Positions 10,002 to 18,230 of a DNA stretch of 64,000 nucleotides are shown here, in pieces. Numbering within the stretch: position 1 is the stretch's first letter; every line of letters begins with the position of its first letter. The stretch comes from an uncultured cyanobacterium. GTDB lineage: Bacteria > Cyanobacteriota > Cyanobacteriia > PCC-6307 > Cyanobiaceae. The stretch covers positions 64,001-128,000 of the forward strand of contig CAVONQ010000005.1 in NCBI GenBank assembly GCA_963697335.1, in the 5' to 3' direction. The notes under the pieces are model-generated. The model had not been told where the DNA came from, ran no database searches, and saw nothing but the letters and a program-made list of their open reading frames with translations. The position numbers and the translations under genes were made by a program.

Positions 10002-10547
10002 ATGGGCCACTTTGATAACACCTCCCAGCGGGCCGATCTGCACTGGCTGGGTGCCATCAGCGGCGAGGCCTCAGGCGAAGCGCTGCCGCTCGCCCTGGAG
10101 AGCATCGCGGCCGGGTTCCCCAGTCCCGCCGACGACTACGTGGAGGCGTCGATCGACCTGAACGCGGCGCTGGTGCCGCGGCCCACCTCCACGTTCCTGA
10201 TGCGGGTGGAAGGCGACGCCATGCAGGGAGCCGGCATCCAGCACGGCGACCTGCTGGTGATCGACCGGAGTGTGGCCGCGCGGCCAGGCTGCACGGTGGT
10301 GGCCATTCACGAGGGGCGCTTCGTGCTGCGACAGCTGCGGGGCGAGCGGCCGCCATGGCACCTGGTGGCAAGCGATCCCGCCATCCCCGCCATCCGCGTG
10401 GACGAGCCCGGGGGAGAACTGCTGATCTGGGGCGTGGTGATGCATGCCGTGCACCATCTGCTGCCCCGGCGTCAGGCGTTCACCAGAAACCCTGGGAGCG
10501 AAGCCACAGCCCCAGCAGGGCCATCGGCACAAACACCGCCGCCATGA
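10002..10547 (+). CDS. UmuD/LexA-family S24 protein with substituted catalytic dyad
   Basis: IAAGFPSPADDY, IDLN, TFLMRVEGDAM and GDLLVIDRS; the Ser and Lys positions read Ala and Arg. Confidence 0.85.
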   Translation: MGHFDNTSQRADLHWLGAISGEASGEALPLALESIAAGFPSPADDYVEASIDLNAALVPRPTSTFLMRVEGDAMQGAGIQHGDLLVIDRSVAARPGCTVVAIHEGRFVLRQLRGERPPWHLVASDPAIPAIRVDEPGGELLIWGVVMHAVHHLLPRRQAFTRNPGSEATAPAGPSAQTPPP

Positions 10548-10747
10548 TCTGCAGCTTCACGACCCGTGGAGAGGGCGTCTGGGAGGGAGGCATAGAACGC
10601 AAACCGGGTCTCTGACAGTGTCAGGGACCCGGTGAAGGAACGCAGCCAGGAGGCTGGGGAACAATGTGTTCTGGGATCAGAAGCGAGGGTGGGGCGCAGC
10701 GATGATCAGCACGGAGCCGAGGGGGCTGCGCCCGGCAACAGAGACCT

Positions 10748-10894
10748 TCAGCCGAGACCCACCTGGGCCAGGATGCCCTGGCCGGTGAGGATCTCGGTGG
10801 CCAGGCCGATGACGAAGCCCATCATGGCCATACGGCCATTCCAGGTTTCAGCGAAAGCGACGAAGCCGAAGCGGGAGGCGGTGTTGTCAGCCAT
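10748..10894 (-). CDS. hli: High-light-inducible protein (HLIP), not in ORF track
   Basis: MADNTASRFGFVAFAETWNGRMAMMGFVIGLATEILTGQGILAQVGLG with the ExxNGRxAM chlorophyll-binding motif. Confidence 0.93.
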   Translation of the reverse strand: MADNTASRFGFVAFAETWNGRMAMMGFVIGLATEILTGQGILAQVGLG

Positions 10895-10973
10895 GGGAGG
10901 CAAGTGACGAAACGTTGCGCTGACTGTAACAGAACATGAAGGGACGTGGGTCGGGGAGGGCGAGGGTCATCAA

Positions 10974-11291
10974 GTGCTGACGCTGGCAGCTCTGACCTCA
11001 GCGGAAGCCATCCCTAGGGTGCCAACAGCACACCAGCGTCAGAGGCCAACCGTGGAGATCGACCGCCCGGGGGCACGGCCCCTCAGCAGCGAAGAAGAGG
11101 CGCTACTGGAGCAATTCCGCCAGAAGCTCCACGCCAAAACCCTGCAGGGGGGCCTCAGCCCTGAGGATGTGCAGCGGATCATCGCCGGCATCAAGGAGCA
11201 CCCCGCCGCCAGCCAGGCGGTGATGGCGGCGATCTCCGAAGAGCAGCGCAACCTGGCGCCGGGCCAGCGGCTGCTGCGCCTGGATGGTTGA
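10974..11291 (+). CDS. Hypothetical protein (start uncertain)
   Basis: Coding-like ORF overlapping the start of the next gene. Confidence 0.5.
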   Translation: MLTLAALTSAEAIPRVPTAHQRQRPTVEIDRPGARPLSSEEEALLEQFRQKLHAKTLQGGLSPEDVQRIIAGIKEHPAASQAVMAAISEEQRNLAPGQRLLRLDG

Positions 11292-11883
11292 GGCACCACC
11301 GCCCCTGGTGTTGGTGCATGGGCTCTGGGACAGCCCGCGGGTGTTCAACCCCCTGATCCGCCACCTGGACGGCCGCCGCCAGCCGATCCTGGCGCCGCAC
11401 CTGCCCCATGGCATCGGCCAGGTGCCCCTGGAAAGGCTGGCGGAGCAGCTGGCCTCCTATCTGGCCACTCAGCTGGGGGCGGACCAGCCGATCGACCTGC
11501 TGGGCTTCTCCATGGGAGGGGTGATCGCCCGGATCTGGCTGCAGTGGCTGGGGGGCCATCGGCGCACCCGCCGGTTCATCAGCCTGGGCAGCCCCCAGCA
11601 GGGCACCCTCAACGCCCTGGCCTGCCCGCCCTGGCTGCTGCCAGGCATCGCCGACATGGGCCGGGGCAGCTCCCTGCTGCGGCGCCTCAACCAGGACACC
11701 ACGGCCCTGCAGCAGCTGGAGTGCGTGAGCCTCTACACGCCCTTCGACCTGATCGTGACGCCGGGGTGGCAGGCGGCTCTGCCCTGGGGCCGCCGCGAGG
11801 GACTGCTGGTGTGGACCCACGACCAACTGCTGCGTTCCCCGATCGCCCTGGAGCGGCTGGGCAAGGAGCTGCTGAGGCCGTGA
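11284..11883 (+). CDS. Alpha/beta-hydrolase (lipase/esterase)
   Basis: LVLVHGLWD, GFSMGG nucleophile elbow, LGSPQQGT. Confidence 0.85.
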   Translation: MVEAPPPLVLVHGLWDSPRVFNPLIRHLDGRRQPILAPHLPHGIGQVPLERLAEQLASYLATQLGADQPIDLLGFSMGGVIARIWLQWLGGHRRTRRFISLGSPQQGTLNALACPPWLLPGIADMGRGSSLLRRLNQDTTALQQLECVSLYTPFDLIVTPGWQAALPWGRREGLLVWTHDQLLRSPIALERLGKELLRP

Positions 11884-11964
11884 GCAGCGAGGGGCTGGGC
11901 TCACCAATCCTGGAGAAATCCGGAGGCTGGAGCAGAGCGCAGAGTGTGCCCCCAGAATGGCCGG

Positions 11965-12186
11965 ATGGTCGTGCCCAATCCAGAAGGTCGGTATCGCGTG
12001 CGCCCCAAAGTTGAGCGCGAGCAGAGTGTGCCCCAGCAGGTGATCGCGCCGAGGTTCTGGGACCGGGATGAAGCCGAGACCTTCGCCCAGAGCCTCGCCC
12101 AGCAGCAGCACCGCAGTGTGGTGGTGGAGAAGCTGGCCCCCAGCGGCTGCTGGCTGCAACTCAGCACGGTGACCTCGATCCCCTGA
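11965..12186 (+). CDS. Small hypothetical protein
   Basis: 73-aa ORF with plausible codon usage. Confidence 0.45.
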   Translation: MVVPNPEGRYRVRPKVEREQSVPQQVIAPRFWDRDEAETFAQSLAQQQHRSVVVEKLAPSGCWLQLSTVTSIP

Positions 12187-12193
12187 GCCGACC

Positions 12194-12469
12194 TCAGGGC
12201 TCGGCGGGCCTGTCGCGCTGCAGGGCGATCACCTCAGGGGCGAACACGAAGGTGAGGGCATCGAGGCACTCCGCCTGCCCATCGATGGCGCAGACGCCTC
12301 CGGCCACGAAGTCGATCAGACGCTGGGCCTCGGCCCGGTCCATGGCACCGGCATGGACCACGGCGGTCTTGAGCTCCCGCACCGCCTCAACGATCGCCTG
12401 GGCATCCTCGAAACCGATGGGGTGGAACACCACCACCTCCGGCAGCCAGTCGCCAAAGGGACTCTGCAT
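12194..12469 (-). CDS. SepF-domain protein
   Basis: FEDAQAIVEAV, AQRLIDFVAGG and FVFAP pattern of the SepF C-terminal domain. Confidence 0.75.
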   Translation of the reverse strand: MQSPFGDWLPEVVVFHPIGFEDAQAIVEAVRELKTAVVHAGAMDRAEAQRLIDFVAGGVCAIDGQAECLDALTFVFAPEVIALQRDRPAEP

Positions 12470-12552
12470 AGCCGTGCCGTAGGGCGGCAGGTTACTCGGG
12501 GGAGCGGGGTCTGACCAACACGACCGCTACCGAACCTGCGGCTCGGGGGCCG

Positions 12553-13152
12553 TCAAGCGGAAAGGGGTCCTGTCGATCCGGAAACGGGTGGCAAGCAAAA
12601 AGGGCTCCGCAGAGCCCCATCTCGGAAAACGCCCCCAACGGATTGGGGACATCGTCCACCTCGACCCCCTGACGCTACCGGGACGCGGCGGCAGCTGGCG
12701 ACCGGAGGAGCTGGCGGCCCGGAGGCGGGCAGAACCGAGCAGGCGTAGCTGGTCTGCTGGGCCTGCTGCAGCAGCAGGGTGGGCCGGCTCGGATCCTCCA
12801 GGCTCCACCACCAGCGTCCGTCACCGAAGCTGGGGGCTCCGGCGTTGTTGGTACGGGGCAACTGCAGGTGCAGCTCGCGCCAATCGATCACCACAAAGGC
12901 CCCCGGCAGGGTGCCCGCCAGGGTGTTGGGGATGCCGGGGGCGTCGACCGCGCCGTTCTCGACCCGGGCCAGCAACAGGTCGCCATCGCAGCTGTAGCGG
13001 CTGGGCTGGTTGGCCGCCTCCTCCAGCCCCCAGGCCGCCGAGCCAGGGCCCAGCAGCAGCAGCCCCAGGGCCAGCAGGGGCGGCAGGAGCCATCGCGTGG
13101 CAGCCGCGGAGAGCAGGCCGCGGAGCAGCGGGGGCAGCAGGTGGGACGGCAT
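12553..13152 (-). CDS. Hypothetical exported protein (true 3' end probably earlier)
   Basis: Signal peptide and LQLPRTNNAGAPSFGDGRWWWS core; the tail runs through a terminator. Confidence 0.55.
   Translation of the reverse strand: MPSHLLPPLLRGLLSAAATRWLLPPLLALGLLLLGPGSAAWGLEEAANQPSRYSCDGDLLLARVENGAVDAPGIPNTLAGTLPGAFVVIDWRELHLQLPRTNNAGAPSFGDGRWWWSLEDPSRPTLLLQQAQQTSYACSVLPASGPPAPPVASCRRVPVASGGRGGRCPQSVGGVFRDGALRSPFCLPPVSGSTGPLSA
12596..12618 (-). terminator. Intrinsic terminator
   Basis: Minus strand GGGCTC-TGCG-GAGCCC-TTTTT. Confidence 0.65.
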
Positions 13153-13167
13153 CGGGCGCTCCCGGCT

Positions 13168-14379
13168 CTAGGTCAGCCCAGCTTGCAGCAGGGACGAGGC
13201 CAGCTGTTCGGCGCTGTGCAGAGCACCCTCAATGCGGCCAAAGCCCTCGCCATCGAGGTAGTCGCCGCAGAAGCCGACGCGGCTGAGCGGGCATAGCCGC
13301 AGGGACGGGGGCAGGCCTGGCGCCACGGGGAACGCCGCCGCCCAGCGCATCAGCTGGGGAGAGGCCCGTTCCAGGGTGAGGTCATCAATCCAGGGGGCCA
13401 GGCACTCCATCACGGCCCTGGCCAGGGCCTGGATCACGTCCTCCTCACGGCCGGCATCGACGGGAAGAGCCAGCAGCCGGGCCGCCGCGGAGTGGGATCC
13501 ATAGACATCGAGGTGGTCGGCCGCGAAGGCATCGCTGGAATGGGCGACCACGGCACAGCGGCCGTCCGGGAGGGGCTGGATGCTGATCCGGCGCAGACCC
13601 CAGCGCTGCTGAGCCGCTGGATCAAAGTTCACCAGGGAGAACGGCAGGGAGTTCCAGGGCAGGGCTTCCTCAGGAGGGAAGAGCAGCAGCAGGTTGCTGC
13701 GGGCCTCGGCACGAATACCCGCAATGGTGGTGAGGGCGTGATCGAGCTGGAGATCCCCCAGCGATGCGGCCGCCCGTACCAGCGGCACCTCCGGCCACTC
13801 AAACAGCAGGCAGCTGCGGGGGTGGGCCAGCAGGGTGCTGCTGAGCACCAGCCAATCGGCCTCGCCCTGGAGCTCACCGTGGCGATCCCACAGCCGCCAG
13901 GGGCCGCTGGAGGAGCACTCCAGGGAGCGGATCAAGGTGCCGTAATGGGCCTCGGCGGCAGGCTGGGCACCACTGGCCCCCAGTTGCAGCAGTCCGCGGC
14001 AGAGGCCATCCATCCCGTCCGCGCCCCGGTAGAGGTGGCCGATCCCGAGGACATCGGGGCGACCGATGTGCAGGCGCGACTCCCCCTCCAGCAGGGCCAT
14101 CAGACCGTTCCAAGGCGTGATCCAGCCCCCCTCCAGCAGGGGCTCCAGCAGCTCCGGAGGACACTCGCTGCGGATGTTCAGCAGGGGCGCCCCATGGTCG
14201 ATGGCCAGGGCTGCATCCCTCCGGGAGCGGCGTGTGCTGGCCCGCCCGCCCGGACCCCGCCCGGTCTCCCAGAGGCTGATCAGGCCATCAAAACCCGCCC
14301 GACGCAGCTGGGCGGCAGTGGCGCAGCCAGCAACCCCAGCCCCGACGACAGCAACGGATCCCGATCCAGACCGGGCCAT
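13168..14379 (-). CDS. FAD/NAD(P)-dependent oxidoreductase (renalase-like)
   Basis: VAVVGAGVAG, GPGGRASTRR, DHGAP, RWAAAFP and CGDYL...RIEGALHSA. Confidence 0.85.
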   Translation of the reverse strand: MARSGSGSVAVVGAGVAGCATAAQLRRAGFDGLISLWETGRGPGGRASTRRSRRDAALAIDHGAPLLNIRSECPPELLEPLLEGGWITPWNGLMALLEGESRLHIGRPDVLGIGHLYRGADGMDGLCRGLLQLGASGAQPAAEAHYGTLIRSLECSSSGPWRLWDRHGELQGEADWLVLSSTLLAHPRSCLLFEWPEVPLVRAAASLGDLQLDHALTTIAGIRAEARSNLLLLFPPEEALPWNSLPFSLVNFDPAAQQRWGLRRISIQPLPDGRCAVVAHSSDAFAADHLDVYGSHSAAARLLALPVDAGREEDVIQALARAVMECLAPWIDDLTLERASPQLMRWAAAFPVAPGLPPSLRLCPLSRVGFCGDYLDGEGFGRIEGALHSAEQLASSLLQAGLT

Positions 14380-14514
14380 GACGGGGGCACCACCCAGGAA
14401 TCCCTCAGGATGCCAGCGCCGCTGCACAGGTGCAGAAGCCGATCCGCGACCCCAGCGGGCCGGCCAGCTCCCAGGGCCCCTGTCGCAGTAGCGTCGTGCT
14501 CGACGTAAGCGTCC

Positions 14515-14907
14515 ATGGCGCGATTTCTGCTGGTGCTCAAGCCCGAAGGCCACCCCGAGTCGGCGGCGATCCTCGAGGCTCTCGACCCGGTGCTCAGGGA
14601 CCTGAACGCCGAGGTGGATCACCGCACCTCGGCCCACCTCGGGGCCATGGTCAAGCAGGGGGGCGAAAGCCAGCGCATGCAGCTGTTTGCCGACGTGCAG
14701 TCCAAGGCCGATGGCAGGGTGCTGGAGCTGGTGCTGCTCAGTCGCGAGGCGATGGGCCTGCGGGCACCCCAGACCCACCAGACCTTTGTGCGGCTGCTGG
14801 AGCTGGTGAGCCAGCACCTGGGAGGCATGACGCTTCAGTTCCGCTCCGACCGGGATGGCCCCTTACCTCAGATCCGCAGCTCCGCCGATCCGGCGGCAGC
14901 CGGGTGA
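14515..14907 (+). CDS. Hypothetical protein
   Basis: 130-aa ORF with host-like codon usage. Confidence 0.55.
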   Translation: MARFLLVLKPEGHPESAAILEALDPVLRDLNAEVDHRTSAHLGAMVKQGGESQRMQLFADVQSKADGRVLELVLLSREAMGLRAPQTHQTFVRLLELVSQHLGGMTLQFRSDRDGPLPQIRSSADPAAAG

Positions 14908-15309
14908 TCATCCAGGCAGGATCACCCGATCGATCACGTGAACCACGCCGTTGTCACAGACGACATCGGCAGCCACCACCGTGGCGTTCTTCACTTCAAA
15001 GGGCTCAGCCCGCCTGATCGGCACGGGCGCGCCCTCCAGGCTGTCCCACTGGGGCTGCTGCACCAGCTGCTCGCGGCGATGGTCGCCGGAGAGCACATGG
15101 AACTTGAGGATGCGGGCCAGCTGGGGTGGGTTGTCCACCAGGGTCTGGACCGTGCCGGGGGGCAGGGCCGCGAAGGCATCATCCACCGGGGCAAACACGG
15201 TGAAGGGCCCCGGGCCCTCCAGGGCGCCCCGCAGGCCAGCAGCATCAACGGCGGCAAGCAGGGTCTGAAAGCTGCCGGCGGATGCAGCCGTTTCGAGAAT
15301 GGTGGCCAT
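14908..15309 (-). CDS. cupS: Fasciclin-domain CupS subunit of the NDH-1MS complex
   Basis: GPFTVFAP..DAF and NGVVHVIDRVI fasciclin motifs; directly downstream of cupA. Confidence 0.85.
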   Translation of the reverse strand: MATILETAASAGSFQTLLAAVDAAGLRGALEGPGPFTVFAPVDDAFAALPPGTVQTLVDNPPQLARILKFHVLSGDHRREQLVQQPQWDSLEGAPVPIRRAEPFEVKNATVVAADVVCDNGVVHVIDRVILPG

Positions 15310-15332
15310 GGGAAAAGGGCAAAAGGAACGGA

Positions 15333-16643
15333 TCAGCGGTAGTCCTGGGTCTGAATGGCGCTCAGGCGGGCTTCCGGCCGCAGGAAACGGTCCATCTGGG
15401 CTTCAAAGAACTGGCGATTGGCACTCAGGTGGGCGGGATCAGGGTCGTCGAGGGGGTAGAGAAGCGCGCAGCGCAGGGCCTGGATCACCGCTGAGGTGAC
15501 GTTGTACATCGAGCGCTGGAAGGTGATGCCCAGCTGAATCAGCTTGTCCTCATCGCCGCGCTTGTGGTTGCGGTACATCTCTTCCAGATAGGGAGGCAGA
15601 AAGTGCAGCATGTCCTGCATCAGCAGGGTTGGGGGGATCCCCGCTGAGCCCACGGGAAAGACATCGGCATAGAGAATGCCGTAGTGAAAGTCGGCCTGAT
15701 CAGCGGGCACCTGCATGGCCTGGGCGTTGTAGCTCTTGGTGCCACGGAAGGGCGCCGTGCGGTAGAAGACCGCCTCCACGTAGGGCAGAGCCGCCTCATA
15801 CAGCCAGGTGAAGCCGCAGCTCTTGGGAATGATCTCGAAGCACTCACCCCGGATGAACACATGGTGATAGATCGGGCGCCCGGCGACGGCGAAGATCCCG
15901 TTCACCAGGAAGTCCATGGCCGCAGGCACCGAGGTGAGTTTGCCCTCGTCGTAGAGGTCACTCATCTCGAAGAACACAGGCGCCATCACCTCCCAGAAGA
16001 GACCCAGGTTCGCGTAATAGGAGAGCTTCCGCACCTGCTCAAGGAACATGTCAGGAAACAGGCGGTAGAGGCCCAGCATCAGGGGATTGCCCTTGAAGTA
16101 GGCCTTGATGGCACGGTCGGCCTGCTCCCGGTAGGGCTCGGAATCGAGGTAGTCGTTGAAGCGGCCACCCATGCCCTGGTGCCAGAACATGGCATCCATG
16201 CAAGCCTCAGCAAACTCCATGTTCACCCGGTCGTGCCAGAGGTGATGCAGCAGCTTGGACATGGAGCCGGTTTCACCCTTGGCCATGAACTCCAGCAACT
16301 CGGGGTGGGTTTTCTCTCCACCCCTCCAGATCCGAAGTTGAGACTGATCGCCTGAATAGCTGTTGGGCCGATCCAGATACTCCTGGGAGATGAAGTACTT
16401 GAAGGCCGGCAACGGGTTCAGGAAAACCTTCTCGGCGATGTAGAGGAGGTCGCGCCAGTAGAAATCCATCGGCACGGCATAGGCCTTGTAGATGCCGATG
16501 ATCTGCTGCAGATTCTCCGGGTTGTCCGGCAGCATCGAACCACCCGCCTCCAGGCGATGGATCACCTCCGCATAGGGGTGGGTGGAGGGGGGAATCGGCG
16601 GGGCCTGGGTCTCGGAGGGGGCGAGCGCGGAGGGAGGGGTCAT
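15333..16643 (-). CDS. cupA: CO2 hydration protein CupA (ChpY)
   Basis: PPSTHPYAEVIHRLEAGG, HLWHDRVNMEFAEAC and PFRGTKSYNAQA; own ATG preceded by AAGGAG RBS. Confidence 0.93.
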   Translation of the reverse strand: MTPPSALAPSETQAPPIPPSTHPYAEVIHRLEAGGSMLPDNPENLQQIIGIYKAYAVPMDFYWRDLLYIAEKVFLNPLPAFKYFISQEYLDRPNSYSGDQSQLRIWRGGEKTHPELLEFMAKGETGSMSKLLHHLWHDRVNMEFAEACMDAMFWHQGMGGRFNDYLDSEPYREQADRAIKAYFKGNPLMLGLYRLFPDMFLEQVRKLSYYANLGLFWEVMAPVFFEMSDLYDEGKLTSVPAAMDFLVNGIFAVAGRPIYHHVFIRGECFEIIPKSCGFTWLYEAALPYVEAVFYRTAPFRGTKSYNAQAMQVPADQADFHYGILYADVFPVGSAGIPPTLLMQDMLHFLPPYLEEMYRNHKRGDEDKLIQLGITFQRSMYNVTSAVIQALRCALLYPLDDPDPAHLSANRQFFEAQMDRFLRPEARLSAIQTQDYR

Positions 16644-18221
16644 GCCAGGAGCTCCTTGGTGGCGGCAGAGGGAAAGGCAGGGGCGGGGGGCAGGGCAGCG
16701 GCAAGGGCCGGAGCTGCTGCGCGTCGATCGGGAGATCAGGGTGGAGCTGGTGCCTGTGGACTGCCTCAGGGCCAGAAAAGCCGTGGTGGATTCACTCCAG
16801 CCCGTCAACAGGTCCGGGCGGATGCCCGTGAACAGCACCAGGACCGAAAGCACGATCGCCGGGGCCCGTTCACCCCATGTCGTGGCCAGCCAGTCGGCGC
16901 GGTCGTTGTCGAGGCGACCGAAGCCCACCCGGTTGAACAGACGCACCGCGTAGACAGCGGTGAATCCGGAGGCCACAAGGCACACCAGGGTGGCCCGGGG
17001 GAAGGTGACCCAGCTGCCTTCAAACACCAGCAGCTCAGCGGGGAAACCCGCCAGACCAGGAATGCCGGCAGCAGCCATCAGAGCCAGCAGCAGCATGCCC
17101 GTGGTGAACGGCAGGCCACGAATCGGGTTCATCAGGCCCGAGAGTTCAGGAATGGAGGTGGTGCCGGTCTTGCGCTCAATCAGGCCCACGCAGGAAAACA
17201 GCAGGGCCGTGATCAATCCCTGGGCCAGGATCTGGGCCACGGCGCCCTGCAGACTCATCGGCGTGGCTGCAGCCAGGGCAAGGGTGAGCAGGCCCATGTG
17301 GCCCAGGGCGCTGTAGGCCATCACGCGACGGATGTCGGTCTGGGCAATGGCGTTGAGGGCCCCGTACACCGCACTCACCGCAGCCGCCGCCGCGATCCAG
17401 GGGGAAAAACTGGCCCAGGCGTCCGGCAGCAGACCTACGCCGAAGCGCAGCAGGCCGTAGGCCCCCAGCTTCGACACCGAGCCGCTGAGCAGCATCACCA
17501 CAGGAATCGGCGCCTCGGCATAGGTGATGGGCTGCCAGCCATGCAGGGGCACGATCGGCAGCTTGAGGCCAAAGCTGAGCAGCAGCAGGGCCAGGATCCA
17601 CTGGCCCGCCGATGGGCTGAAGCTGGCGTTGGCGAGGGTCTGGAAGCTGAACAGCGTCATGCCGGCGGCGGCATCGCCCCCAGGCTGGGCCAGCCAGCCC
17701 AGGGCCAGCACCGCGGCCAGCAGGGCCAGGCCGGACACCGCGCCATAGAGCAGATAGCGGATTGCGGCTCCCCGGCCATTGGCCTGTCCCCAGATGGCCA
17801 CCAGCAGGGTGGTGGGGATCAGCACCAGCTCAAAGGCGAGCAGAAAGAGCAGGGCGTTCTGGGCCATGAAGGCCCCCACCAGTCCAAGGTTGGTGGCCAG
17901 CAGCAGGCTCACGTAAAGCCGCGGTCGGACCTGATCGACGGGCGAGGCGAGCAGCACCAGCATCGTCAGCAGTGCCGTGAGCAGCACCACCGGCAGGGAG
18001 AGGCCGTCGAGCCCCAGTTCAAGGGCCAGGCCGAGCTTGGGCAGCCAGGCGATGGCGAGATCGGCCGGCTGCTGGAGCCAGCACAGAGCCCCGAGCAGGA
18101 GCTGAAAGGCCACCGCGGCGATGGCCAGGGTGCGGGGCCGAAGGGCGCCATCGGCGGGCAGCACGGCCACCGCCAGGCCGGACAGCAGGGGCACCAACAA
18201 CAACAGGATGAGCAGCGACAT
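16640..18221 (-). CDS. ndhD3: NDH-1 subunit NdhD3 (apparent frameshift near 16730 reads it through into cupA)
   Basis: NuoM-like FELVLIP, LKLPIVPLHGWQP and KLGAYGLLRF; alternative frame ends ...PSAATKELLA-TGA overlapping the cupA ATG. Confidence 0.88.
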
Positions 18222-18230
18222 GGCCGGGAT

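Noticed and set aside
15333..18221. 962-aa NdhD3-CupA fusion protein in the ORF track
   Set aside because: cupA has its own AAGGAG RBS and ATG, and an alternative ndhD3 frame ends AAAPALAAALPPAPAFPSAATKELLA-TGA overlapping that ATG with normal codon usage. One extra base near 16730 explains the fusion
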